A stretch of 24,000 nt of DNA from Candidatus Saccharimonadota bacterium (GCA_029288315.1 JARIHL010000085.1:14333-38332), one strand, 5' to 3'; counted from the first letter of the stretch, positions 1 to 8,744 are shown. Notes: a model not told the origin generated them from the letters alone. Numbers and translations are program-made.

Positions 1-170
1 CAGATGACCCATTATTACTTCAGAGGATAAAATTGCTTCTCTACGTGCATCAATTCTCGTTTGCGCCCACACTCATCAAAGAAAAGCCGGAAACAGCTCT
101 ACACATATTGTTGAACGCCATTTCTGACTATTCGACATTCACCGAAGGAGGTAGATTTAGTCTTACATAA
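1..170 (+). CDS. 3' end of an unidentified CDS entering from the left window edge (partial)
   Basis: Reading frame 3 is open from the edge to TAA at 168-170 (...STFTEGGRFSLT*). A strong hairpin terminator follows 12 nt later. No family recognised. Confidence 0.3.
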   Translation, partial: DDPLLLQRIKLLLYVHQFSFAPTLIKEKPETALHILLNAISDYSTFTEGGRFSLT

Positions 171-181
171 ATCTCCATAAC

Positions 182-216
182 AAAGTGCCGCGATAAAAAT
201 CGCGGCACTTTGTTTG
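182..216. terminator. Rho-independent-type hairpin between convergent genes
   Basis: Perfect 13-bp stem: aaagtgccgcgat (182-194) pairs with atcgcggcacttt (199-211), loop aaaa, followed by gtttg. It sits between the + strand partial CDS ending at 170 and the - strand Nudix gene ending at 226. Confidence 0.65.
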
Positions 217-225
217 ATTTGTTAT

Positions 226-825
226 TTACAAGTATTTCTTCAAGTGTTCTAATGCCGGATCTGAAGATGCACGTATGAAGTTCATAGCGTGGAATAGCGC
301 AGCGATATAGATAGCCGGATAAACGGAATCTGGTTTGCTCATCTCCTCAATTACTGTCTTGAATGGAATTTTCTCAACATGGATCGTTTCACCAACCTCA
401 AGGTTTTGGTCTTGACTGATCTTTCCGCTAACAGCAAGGAAGGTATGTACTTGGTTAGTGTGATTGGCTGGGTTTGGGTAGCTCGTGCCTACATGGTAGA
501 GGGTACCTCCGGTGTAGCCCGTTTCTTCTTCAAGTTCACGCTTGGCGGCCACTTCAGGTGATTCACCTTCTTCCATGCCACCGCCGATGAATTCCATAAG
601 ATATTTCTGGACACCGTGACGGTAGTGCCGGAGCATCATTACGTTGTCATCTTCATCAATAGCAATACAGTTTACCCAGTCACCCAGTTCAAGAACGTAG
701 TACCTGCCAACTTTGCCACCCTGTGGAGTGGTACATGAGTCGGCGCGAAGCTTTAAAAACCTGTCATTAACGACGTATTCTGAGCTGTCTATCGTCCAGA
801 TTGGTAAGTCTTTGTCTGGATTCAT
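226..825 (-). CDS. Nudix hydrolase (ADP-ribose/NDP-sugar pyrophosphatase-like)
   Basis: Complete Nudix box GX5EX7REUXEEXGU is visible as GGMEEGESPEVAAKRELEEETGY. AGGAGG-type SD (rc of ccctcct at 831-837) lies upstream of the ATG. Confidence 0.85.
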   Translation of the reverse strand: MNPDKDLPIWTIDSSEYVVNDRFLKLRADSCTTPQGGKVGRYYVLELGDWVNCIAIDEDDNVMMLRHYRHGVQKYLMEFIGGGMEEGESPEVAAKRELEEETGYTGGTLYHVGTSYPNPANHTNQVHTFLAVSGKISQDQNLEVGETIHVEKIPFKTVIEEMSKPDSVYPAIYIAALFHAMNFIRASSDPALEHLKKYL

Positions 826-883
826 CTTGTCCCTCCTAGTTCTATATGTTACATGCCATTATACGACACATATATAGCTTACC

Positions 884-1753
884 TTAGTCTTCGGTAGGTT
901 GTCGACTATTTATAGTGCGCCAGTTTGCTTGACCGTAGTAAATTGTATCGGGTGTGCCCATATCTACTACTTCAGCTTCTGTTTCAAATGCATGCAAAGC
1001 CGTATTGCCCATATGTATTACCCATGGCCCTAGCGTATCCCTCATCCCAATATTTTTATTCTGATGTGGGTTTGCTTCTAGGAATTGATCGCAAAGATCC
1101 TTGAAGTAGTCGATATCAATAATATCCACGCCTATTCGAGTTGTATTTGCCGTACCCGGCACACCCGTAACAGGTTCTTCGGTTCGATCGAACATCCACA
1201 ATAGTCGATTCGTCCCTTCTTCAATAACCATTTTGTTTACATCACCAGTTCGTTCCGTGATGTTCCTCGTTGTCCCCATAGTAATTCCAGCACCCGAATC
1301 TTTATGAGCACGATTAAGTTCAACGAGAGCATCCATATCATGCAACATATCACCTGGAACAATCATAGCTTGACCCTTCAAATCAAGGGTTTCAATAGCG
1401 TTCAGTACAGCACCTTCAACTCCTGACAAGTCTTCCTCTTCTGAAAACCGATAGTCTACTCCGTCTGCATTAATCCAATCCTCAGCCGAAAGATGGTCAA
1501 TGACTTGCTCTTTGTGGTGTCCTACGCAAAATACAAAGTGGCGAAAACCCGCCTCTTGTAGTTGCTCGCAGATTCTATCAAGTACCGTTTTTCCTCCCTC
1601 AAGCTCAATGAGAGTTTTAGGAATAGCATCTTTTGTAACCTCTCTGGCTCGCATACCTAAGCCTGCAAGCGGCATTATAACTGTCACATCACTCATATCG
1701 AGCTCTTCGCCAGACTTGGCACGCTCAAATTTAGGGGCTTCTAATTCTCTCAT
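884..1753 (-). CDS. Sugar-phosphate nucleotidyltransferase (NTP_transferase family, RmlA/GlgC-like)
   Basis: N-terminal motif VIMPLAGLGMRAR...IPKTLIELEGGKTVLD matches the (L)AGGxGTRL...PKxL signature. VPGDM and DMGTP motifs occur downstream. I moved the start to the ATG at 1751-1753 (MRELEAP...) because AAGGAG precedes it. The ORF-track start at 1780 has no SD. Confidence 0.8.
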   Translation of the reverse strand: MRELEAPKFERAKSGEELDMSDVTVIMPLAGLGMRAREVTKDAIPKTLIELEGGKTVLDRICEQLQEAGFRHFVFCVGHHKEQVIDHLSAEDWINADGVDYRFSEEEDLSGVEGAVLNAIETLDLKGQAMIVPGDMLHDMDALVELNRAHKDSGAGITMGTTRNITERTGDVNKMVIEEGTNRLLWMFDRTEEPVTGVPGTANTTRIGVDIIDIDYFKDLCDQFLEANPHQNKNIGMRDTLGPWVIHMGNTALHAFETEAEVVDMGTPDTIYYGQANWRTINSRQPTED

Positions 1754-1881
1754 GGCTCTCCTTTGTAAACATAGTAGCAACCAATCTTCTCTGTAGCAAC
1801 ATATGTTCCCTTAAAAAAAGAACACATTTGATGTATCATTAAAGCAATAGCACTATAGAATCCCAGCAAGGAGATCGTTAA

Positions 1882-2931
1882 GTGAAAGATTCTAATATAG
1901 CCGTTTTTGACATTGGTGGTACATGGTTTCGAAGCGGTGTTTACATTAAGGGTTCGGATTTAGCTGAATTATCAAAGGCTCCCGCATATAACTACAAGAA
2001 TACGCCGTATGATAAAGTCGTAGAATTGCAACTTAAGCTTGTGGATTATCTCGTCGAACAGGTGCAATCTTATCAAAGCAAGGGCATCGACATCCAAGGA
2101 GCTTCAATTTCTATGGGGGCGGCCTTGAATGGTCATACTGGTGAGATTCTAAACTCCGGACCTTTATGGGGGCCTGAGTGCGAGCCCTTCGATTTGCTTG
2201 AGCAACTTCAGAAACGAATGCCTGAAATAAATTGGCTGGTAATTAATGATGTCAGTGCCGCCTTGCTGCGCCATGTAAACGATCCTGAATATCAAAAAGC
2301 GAAACGAGTTAATCTAATTACTGTTAGCTCGGGCATAGCTTGCCGTACATATGATCAAAAAGGTCATTATGTACCTCTAAATAAAGATGGAATTCAAGGC
2401 GAAATCGGTCATATTCCTATTCATTTCTCTCTTTTTGGAGAAATTATTACAGAAGATTGTGACTGTGGAGGTGCAAATCACTTAAATGCATTCGTTTCAG
2501 GACGTGGAATAACAAAGATTCTTCGCCGTCTATTGAATTCGAAAACGTCACCTATTAGTGATACTCATCTATTTAATAAGTTACAGAACTTGGAAGAAAC
2601 GGAATTGAATAAAGCTTTTTTCGATGTGCTCAACGAAGATGATCCGGAGGCAGTGAAGGTACTAGATCAAGTGACCTTTCCAATAGCCGAGATGATTATT
2701 AACACGTTCACGATAGACGCAGAGGTTGAGAAAGTGATTATGACTGGTGGTGTAGTCCATGCCGCCGAAGATCGTTACATGAAGAGTCTGTTGGTAAACC
2801 TTGAAAAAATCGGATTATATCAAACAACAGACCAAACTGCATTCTTTAAAGACGCGGTACGACTTGGTGTGAATGATGACAATTCAGGACTATTAGGTGC
2901 AGCCATTGCTTTTGAAAATAAGGAAAGATAA
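1882..2931 (+). CDS. ROK-family sugar (or cyclitol) kinase
   Basis: DIGGT phosphate-1 motif, INDVSAALL, GEIGH, and the ROK zinc motif CDCGGANHLNAFVSGRG (about 2458-2510). GTG start is preceded by AAGGAG. Confidence 0.85.
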   Translation: MKDSNIAVFDIGGTWFRSGVYIKGSDLAELSKAPAYNYKNTPYDKVVELQLKLVDYLVEQVQSYQSKGIDIQGASISMGAALNGHTGEILNSGPLWGPECEPFDLLEQLQKRMPEINWLVINDVSAALLRHVNDPEYQKAKRVNLITVSSGIACRTYDQKGHYVPLNKDGIQGEIGHIPIHFSLFGEIITEDCDCGGANHLNAFVSGRGITKILRRLLNSKTSPISDTHLFNKLQNLEETELNKAFFDVLNEDDPEAVKVLDQVTFPIAEMIINTFTIDAEVEKVIMTGGVVHAAEDRYMKSLLVNLEKIGLYQTTDQTAFFKDAVRLGVNDDNSGLLGAAIAFENKER

Positions 2932-2932
2932 G

Positions 2933-4069
2933 GTGTTTGACGCAAATAGTAGCACATGGAAGGTCTCTTCCTCACTTCCCATAGAGTATGCAGTTGTTGA
3001 GAGGAGCGGTTTTTTCTTTCAACCCGACTACGATGAAAGTATCTTTGGTCAAAAGTCAGATGACGGCATGACCCGCCGTCTTATTGTAATTGACCATATT
3101 GTCGCCAAATACTTTGGAGATACAATAAAAAGTTACTTCTCGCGTAATGATATACATGTAGAATTTCTAACTTTGACTGCTGATGAAGAGCTAAAAGTTG
3201 CAGATACGGTGTTTTCCGTACTCAATAAGATTATCGACTTAAAGCTCCAAAGACGAAGTGAACCTATCATTGCAATTGGAGGAGGCGTACTGCTAGATAT
3301 TGTGGGCTTAGCCGCAAGTTTGTATCGTCGTGGTACACCTTATGTTCGCGTACCGACAACACTTGTTGGACTTATTGACGCAGGCATAGGAATTAAGACA
3401 GGAGTTAATTATGATACCCATAAAAACCGCATAGGTACATACTACTCCCCTAAATCCGTTCTGCTTGACGCGACCTTCTTATCTACACTTGACGAGCGCC
3501 ATCTTCGAAATGGCATGGCTGAAATTCTAAAAATGGCTCTGATTAAAGATGCTGATCTGTTTTCGCTTCTCGAAGAGAGTGCGCATCAAATCGTTGATGA
3601 TAAATTGCAAAGCCACCCCCACTCTCAGGCAATAATGCGCCACTCTATACAGAGTATGCTTGAAGAGCTTGAGAAAAACTTGTGGGAGAAGGATTTAGAG
3701 AGGCTTGTAGATTTTGGACATACCTTCAGTCCCACTATCGAAATGAAGGCCCTGCCCGAGCTACTTCACGGCGAAGCAGTCGCGATCGACATGGCCATAT
3801 GCATCATAATTGCGCATGGCCGTAAACTCCTTACCAATGATGAAATGGATCGTATATTCCAAGTGTATAAAGCTCTTGGACTTCCCATATTCCATTCATC
3901 GTGCGAAATAAAAGTATTGTGTGATGCGCTAGATGACGCGACGAGTCATAGAGACGGTCTCCAGAGAGTTCCTCTGCCTAAAGGTATAGGAGAAGGTATT
4001 TTCGTACACGATATCTCGGAACAAGAAATTAAAGATGCCGTTATGGTTTTGAAGGAGAAAGCTTTATGA
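2933..4069 (+). CDS. Sugar-phosphate cyclase of the 3-dehydroquinate-synthase superfamily (non-canonical DHQS; EEVS/EVS/DDGS/DOIS-like)
   Basis: GGGVLLDIVGLAA, RVPTTLVGLIDAGIGIKTGVNY...KNRIGTYYSP (about 3347-3440), AEILKMAL, DFGHTFSP and LHGEAVAIDM align to the DHQS nucleotide and metal-binding motifs. Start is ambiguous. GTG 2933 has an AGGA SD at 2921-2924 and sits 1 nt after the ROK stop. In-frame GTG 2897 is the ORF-track start. Confidence 0.8.
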   Translation: MFDANSSTWKVSSSLPIEYAVVERSGFFFQPDYDESIFGQKSDDGMTRRLIVIDHIVAKYFGDTIKSYFSRNDIHVEFLTLTADEELKVADTVFSVLNKIIDLKLQRRSEPIIAIGGGVLLDIVGLAASLYRRGTPYVRVPTTLVGLIDAGIGIKTGVNYDTHKNRIGTYYSPKSVLLDATFLSTLDERHLRNGMAEILKMALIKDADLFSLLEESAHQIVDDKLQSHPHSQAIMRHSIQSMLEELEKNLWEKDLERLVDFGHTFSPTIEMKALPELLHGEAVAIDMAICIIIAHGRKLLTNDEMDRIFQVYKALGLPIFHSSCEIKVLCDALDDATSHRDGLQRVPLPKGIGEGIFVHDISEQEIKDAVMVLKEKAL

Positions 4070-5199
4070 TCAAAGCACTGAAGACTATCGATAAGAATAC
4101 TTCGCTGAGTGAAGTAGATACTCCAACTATAGAAGATGGTCAAATGATCACACAGCCACTTTTTGTTGGTGTTTGCGGAACGGATCTTCAGATAATTCGT
4201 CGCCAACGCCCTGACCCCGCGACAATACTTGGACATGAAGGTATCGCGCGAATACTCGAAAGTAAAAGTAGCAAGAAAGGCATGCAGCCCGGAGAGAATG
4301 TGGTTTTCAACCCTGTTGACCCTACAGATCAAAATCAGATACTTGGCCACAATATTCCCGGTCTTTTGCAGGAGCGATATCTGGTTACGGAACATGCGAT
4401 AGATCAAGATTTAGTCGTTCCTTTTCCTAAAGCTATCGATCCTATGCTAGGGGCGCTCGTTGAGCCACTTGGCACCGTCGTTTATGGTCATAGTCTCGTA
4501 TCAAAAGCCGTTAATCAATCTTCGATTGCAATTGTTGGAGCCGGGGCAATCGGAATCATGAACGCCTTGTATGCGAAAGCTCAAGGATATAAGCAAGTCC
4601 TTCTAATAAATGCCTCCCGGGATCATCTGGATTGGTGCATTCAGAGAGGAATCATCGAAGAAGAAAATACTTTTATAGACTCAGACAATCTCGCAGATGA
4701 GATACTTGCCGCAACACAGGGTGCAGGAGTTGACGCGGTATATATGTGTACCAGCAGGCCGAATGCGCTGGCCGCCTTAAGCCAGGCGTTGCATTATATA
4801 AAAGCGAACGGGTGTATTGATCTTGTCGGAGGAATTAAGGACGGTGATAAGATCGAAGACCTTCCAAGTGTCGAAGATCTCAATGCGGTGCGGCGGGCAA
4901 ACTTTTGTGGCATTCCATCAGACGGCTACATTGAGACAACAACGACCGCTGAAGGTAAGCAGATAAATCTTACCGGGCATCGTGGTACATCCTTAAAACA
5001 TTTCGAAGGGGTAATTGAGAACTTAAGAAGTCATGGAGACACATTTAGTAAAGTTATCTCACATATTGTCTCGCTTGAGGCGTGCGCCGGTTTATTTAAC
5101 GAATTAGCCGAAGGTCAAGTGAAAGAATTTAATGGGTCGCCCTATATAAAAGCCGTGGTTGATTTAAGCCTAACTGGTCACAGTATAAGGAATGTCTAA
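4066..5199 (+). CDS. Zn-dependent medium-chain dehydrogenase/reductase (ADH/threonine-DH-like) 1
   Basis: GVCGTDLQ...GHEG catalytic-zinc region and Rossmann motif IVGAGAIG. The ATGA start/stop overlap with the cyclase gene indicates translational coupling. Confidence 0.8.
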   Translation: MIKALKTIDKNTSLSEVDTPTIEDGQMITQPLFVGVCGTDLQIIRRQRPDPATILGHEGIARILESKSSKKGMQPGENVVFNPVDPTDQNQILGHNIPGLLQERYLVTEHAIDQDLVVPFPKAIDPMLGALVEPLGTVVYGHSLVSKAVNQSSIAIVGAGAIGIMNALYAKAQGYKQVLLINASRDHLDWCIQRGIIEEENTFIDSDNLADEILAATQGAGVDAVYMCTSRPNALAALSQALHYIKANGCIDLVGGIKDGDKIEDLPSVEDLNAVRRANFCGIPSDGYIETTTTAEGKQINLTGHRGTSLKHFEGVIENLRSHGDTFSKVISHIVSLEACAGLFNELAEGQVKEFNGSPYIKAVVDLSLTGHSIRNV

Positions 5200-5200
5200 T

Positions 5201-6238
5201 ATGAGTGCGTCTCAGACATACAGAACATTGAAGTTATCAGAAAATAAATTAGAGATAGTGAATGAACAAGTCGGTGAGTCGAATGATGCGCAGCTTGTCA
5301 TGAAACCTATACTTGCAGGAATATGCCGTTCAGATGTAAAAGAGTTCTTAGGAACACGCACCGTAAGGCATGATTTTGGGCATGAAATCTTAGCTGAAAT
5401 AAAATCGCGAAGCATAAACAACTCCCTTCTACCTAAAGTTGGAGATCTTGTCGTACTCGATCCCCACGTTGAGATTGATAGAAGTTCGGGATTTGGAGAA
5501 CTCATTGTTGCTTCGGGGAGTACGGAGAGTCTCGCCAAGGCATTCGTAAAGGTTCCTGCTTCGGTAAGTCCCGAACGGCTTGTATTCATCGAGCCGTTAG
5601 CATGCGCACATCACTGCGTCGCTAATTTATTGAAATTCGAGCAAAAGCAAGACCTTCAGAGTCTGTCTGTTGCTGTAGTTGGAGCAGGTATGACAGGAAT
5701 TCTTATCGGGCTCTTATGTAGGCATTATGGAGCTAAGGTCACGATAATTAACCGAAGCGAAGACAGACTAGGCTTCCTTAGAAGGACGTCTATTTTTAGC
5801 GACGACGAATTAAGCTTATTCGGTGATATAGAGCAAGAATTCGATGCAGTAATCCCCACCACAACATTCCTATTTCCTGAAGTCCTTGAGTTCAGCAGAG
5901 AAATAGTTAAGGATTCTGGCCTCATTTTACTTTATGGCGGTACAAAATCCGGCGACAAGTTTCCCAATATAAATAATATTGCTATCGATGATATTCGCAG
6001 AAATCAACGAGAGAGTACGATCACTTCAAAAGGAAAGAGCTTTAAATTATGCGGTACGCATGGTGCAACGACTGACGATTTCAAATCAGTAATAAAATTA
6101 TTGGAAAATTCATCACAGGATTTTGCAGTCGAAAAGCTTATAGGTCGTAGGATCACTTTAGATGGTGTGCCAAAGACTATTTCTGAGATGACTAAAAAAG
6201 AAATTCTAGGAAAAACGATAGTGGAGTTTGATTTATAA
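5201..6238 (+). CDS. Zn-dependent medium-chain dehydrogenase/reductase 2
   Basis: GICRSDVKEF...FGHE and Rossmann VVGAGMTG. ATG 5201 lies 10 nt after AAGG (5187-5190). The ORF-track ATG 5192 abuts the SD and is less likely. Confidence 0.75.
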   Translation: MSASQTYRTLKLSENKLEIVNEQVGESNDAQLVMKPILAGICRSDVKEFLGTRTVRHDFGHEILAEIKSRSINNSLLPKVGDLVVLDPHVEIDRSSGFGELIVASGSTESLAKAFVKVPASVSPERLVFIEPLACAHHCVANLLKFEQKQDLQSLSVAVVGAGMTGILIGLLCRHYGAKVTIINRSEDRLGFLRRTSIFSDDELSLFGDIEQEFDAVIPTTTFLFPEVLEFSREIVKDSGLILLYGGTKSGDKFPNINNIAIDDIRRNQRESTITSKGKSFKLCGTHGATTDDFKSVIKLLENSSQDFAVEKLIGRRITLDGVPKTISEMTKKEILGKTIVEFDL

Positions 6239-6244
6239 AGGGTT

Positions 6245-7120
6245 ATGAAAAAAGTTGTCTTAACAGGAGCGAGCGGCTTCACTGGCACAAAATTCATTGA
6301 ACTGTATAGTTCAAAGTATGAAATTATACCCATCTCTAGGGAGAGCAAATTAAACCCTATAGATCTAAAAGATCACGAAAAATTAACAGAGCTCTTTGAT
6401 CGTACAAAACCCGATGTGATCGTGCATTTAGCGGCAACGATTGGACGTGAGGCCGACAGAGCAGATGTGTTCTCTGTTGACACGGCGACTACAAAGTTTC
6501 TCGTTGATCTGGCGAAAAAACATAAGCTACCTTTTATATATAACAGCTCAGAGATTGTTTACGAAGGTCGTCCCGATGGAATGTACGAAGAAACGGACGA
6601 ATACCATCAACGCAGTGATTATGGGCGAGCAAAGGTAGTAAATGAGAAGTATATTAAAGCATCTGGTCTTCCATACCTCATCACGAGGGCGCATAGATAC
6701 ATAGGCTATCCAAGCGATAGTTTTGACCGCACTCGATCAAAGAAGTTCACTATCACTATGATGGATCTAATAGCCGGCAAAGAAGTTCACCTGGATGCAA
6801 AAAGAAATATATCACTTCCTTTAATTGACGACATCTGTGATGTAATTGATCATTACATTGAGCACGATCAGGATAAGCAGATAGTATTAAATGTTGGCAT
6901 GGAGAAGATTACTACATATTACAATTTATGGTGCGACATTGGCCGTGCAGCAGGTATTAATACTTCTCTTATAAAAGACGATGGTGACGAACCTAAGTGG
7001 CTTCCAGATAATACACTGTCGACTGAAAAATTACGTCGCTTGAACTATCCTCGTAGAAGCTATGAAGAAATAGTTGAACTCATTGCAGCGGGCATTAAAT
7101 CTGAAATTACGGATTATTGA
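6245..7120 (+). CDS. NAD(P)-dependent epimerase/dehydratase/reductase (extended SDR, RmlD/GalE-like)
   Basis: N-terminal VLTGASGFTGTKF (GxxGxxG) and catalytic YGRAK (YxxxK). Confidence 0.8.
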   Translation: MKKVVLTGASGFTGTKFIELYSSKYEIIPISRESKLNPIDLKDHEKLTELFDRTKPDVIVHLAATIGREADRADVFSVDTATTKFLVDLAKKHKLPFIYNSSEIVYEGRPDGMYEETDEYHQRSDYGRAKVVNEKYIKASGLPYLITRAHRYIGYPSDSFDRTRSKKFTITMMDLIAGKEVHLDAKRNISLPLIDDICDVIDHYIEHDQDKQIVLNVGMEKITTYYNLWCDIGRAAGINTSLIKDDGDEPKWLPDNTLSTEKLRRLNYPRRSYEEIVELIAAGIKSEITDY

Positions 7121-7775
7121 TGCCAAGGTGCCTAAATACGATCTTACTAATTTTTCCATAAACAAACTGACTTCCAGTTTCATTTGGGTGTACAGCATCC
7201 TCAGCTAACATAGTAGCGCTATCAAAGTCTTCACGAAGATCAATGTAATCTGCTCCCGTTTCTACTGCATGAGCCCTTACAGCCTCATCGTATTCTTCGA
7301 AACGTGCATTATTAAAGATATTATCAGTCCAGTATTCTCTTGCTCTTTCTTCATCTACCGGAACGGCACTCAGATAAATAGGCGTAAAAGGAGAGTCCTC
7401 CCTGCCTTCATTTAAATCATCGATAACACCTTTTAGATCCGATAGATCGCGCTGAAAATCTGAAAGTAAGCGTCTAGGTGTCGGTACGCCGTCAGGATAA
7501 AGAACACAGGCTTCACAGGCTCCTATTGCGAAGATACCAAGCTGCCTACCTCGACGGTGACACTCAATATTAGCTGTAATTTGTTTAGAGTCAAGAGAGT
7601 GAACGAGCATATTGCCCGGTCCGGCGTGGTTTGCTACTGCAACATACGGCGGCTCCTGATTAAAGCGCCGTTCATCCGCCTCGTGTTTAAGTCGGGTTGT
7701 CCAATCTGACTCACGGCCATATATACCATAGGCTAAACTGTTCCCAAAGATATGTACTGTTGCCATCGGCAGCAT
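7107..7775 (-). CDS. SGNH/GDSL-family hydrolase (esterase/acyl-hydrolase-like)
   Basis: Block I VHIFGNSLAYG (GDS(L) variant with Ser), a central GxN-type block (GPGNML), and block V DAVHPN (DxxH) near the C-terminus. The 3' end overlaps the convergent SDR gene by 14 nt. Confidence 0.65.
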   Translation of the reverse strand: MLPMATVHIFGNSLAYGIYGRESDWTTRLKHEADERRFNQEPPYVAVANHAGPGNMLVHSLDSKQITANIECHRRGRQLGIFAIGACEACVLYPDGVPTPRRLLSDFQRDLSDLKGVIDDLNEGREDSPFTPIYLSAVPVDEERAREYWTDNIFNNARFEEYDEAVRAHAVETGADYIDLREDFDSATMLAEDAVHPNETGSQFVYGKISKIVFRHLGINNP

Positions 7776-7975
7776 TTTATATCATTAGTATAAGTCTGTC
7801 CAGAAAGCGAATTTCTAAGATACTTATGGTATTATCAGCTTAGGTAGAGTGAGGAACATACCAAAACGGGAGTTGTTGTGGTGGACAATCGTAGTTTATT
7901 GAGTCATTTCCTCATCTACCGCCGTGGACGCATATCGCGTCTCTTTTTATTTGAAGGATTTGCTAAGATAGTTTT

Positions 7976-8230
7976 ATGGCACCAATAGTAGAGGCATATT
8001 TTAAGCTTATTAAGTTGATGGAAGACATCGACTACTATAATAAATACCCTTCTCGAAAATACCTTCAAGAATTTATTGATCGTGAAGATACCATCGAAGG
8101 AAAGGTTCGCGCCATACTCCAAGATAGTCTAATCCAACGTGAGATTTTCCCCGATTGGCTTTCAAGAAGTCACAGCATCGATAATACCTTAGAACATTAT
8201 CTAAAATTAAACGAAAATAAGATATCATAG
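7976..8230 (+). CDS. Hypothetical small protein (84 aa)
   Basis: Charged, helix-like composition. Co-directional with the next gene and 17 nt upstream of it. No clear SD and no family recognised. Two antisense ORFs overlap it. Confidence 0.35.
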   Translation: MAPIVEAYFKLIKLMEDIDYYNKYPSRKYLQEFIDREDTIEGKVRAILQDSLIQREIFPDWLSRSHSIDNTLEHYLKLNENKIS

Positions 8231-8247
8231 TCAATCGGAGACCCCTA

Positions 8248-8640
8248 ATGGAAAACAAGTCTAGTACAAAAAGAAATGCATTATTTTCATCCAAGAAGCG
8301 TGTGTGGATCATTCTCGCTGCAATACTTGTTCTTGTCGCTGTGATAATTGGGCTATATCTTGCCGTTCAACCTCAACGAACAGTTGCGAATTTCTGCCAG
8401 TCCGCTAAAGCGGAGAAGAGCAACTTTAAAGCTAATACAAGTTATGACATACTGTTAGGTTCATTTAGAAAACTAGATGCTGTAGCCCCTAATGATATCC
8501 ACCCCGACACTACACTAATTGTTAAAGGTTACGAATCAATAGTCAACGATCCATCAAAGGCAATAGCATCCGAACTTGGAATTAGCAGTCCTCAAATGAG
8601 AGTTAATGATTACATCTCTAAAAATTGCCCGAATTATTAA
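8248..8640 (+). CDS. Membrane-anchored hypothetical protein (130 aa)
   Basis: GGAG SD upstream. Basic N-terminus, then one TM helix (VWIILAAILVLVAVIIGLYLAV), then a roughly 85-aa extracytoplasmic domain with two Cys. No family recognised. Confidence 0.6.
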   Translation: MENKSSTKRNALFSSKKRVWIILAAILVLVAVIIGLYLAVQPQRTVANFCQSAKAEKSNFKANTSYDILLGSFRKLDAVAPNDIHPDTTLIVKGYESIVNDPSKAIASELGISSPQMRVNDYISKNCPNY

Positions 8641-8693
8641 AATTTTTACTTAAGATTAACATAAGCTTATTAAAAAATATATTTCCTTTCTCG

Positions 8694-8699
8694 TATAAT
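8694..8699 (+). promoter_or_regulatory. Candidate -10 box (TATAAT) for the T4SS operon
   Basis: Consensus TATAAT lies 45 nt upstream of ATG 8745 in a 104-bp AT-rich gap, with AGGAG SD at 8731-8735. No convincing -35 found. Confidence 0.3.
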
Positions 8700-8744
8700 C
8701 TGTTACGATATATGTAATAGGTTTCACACGAGGAGAGTACAGAG

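Noticed and set aside
379-561. Antisense or shadow ORFs inside longer genes. These include 379-561, 1500-1796, 3946-4407, 5212-5589, 5725-5925, 6004-6348, 6441-6638, 8618-8992, 9036-9224, 9228-9497, 10254-10484, 10782-11027, 11038-11457, 12925-13199, 13520-13804, 14237-14898, 15287-16059, 18094-18579, 18981-19175, 19538-19774, 20177-20968 and 21648-22057.
   Set aside because: Each lies wholly within or opposite a longer ORF that has clear family motifs. They have low-complexity or odd composition, no SD and no recognisable domain.
7107-7120. 14-nt overlap of the convergent 3' ends of the SDR and SGNH hydrolase genes as a regulatory feature
   Set aside because: Short convergent overlaps are common in compact genomes, and no hairpin or other structure was seen.
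7878-7952. Short GTG-initiated ORF (about 35 aa) followed by a hairpin gacgc-atatc-gcgtc and a T-run (7927-7952), as a possible leader peptide/attenuator upstream of 7976
   Set aside because: The stem is only 5 bp, there is no SD and the peptide is not recognisable. This is within chance expectation for an AT-rich intergenic region.
7776-7975. A direct-repeat copy of the tRNA-Trp 3' end marking the left end (att) of the element, searched here and in the other intergenic regions
   Set aside because: No match to tggcaggggtggagggattcgaac or its sub-strings was found by eye. Serine recombinases need only a 2-bp core, so absence is uninformative. The left boundary stays undefined.
8641-8744. Palindromic hexamers (cttaag, aagctt) upstream of the T4SS operon as operator sites
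   Set aside because: They are isolated 6-bp palindromes in AT-rich DNA and are not repeated or symmetric around the candidate promoter.
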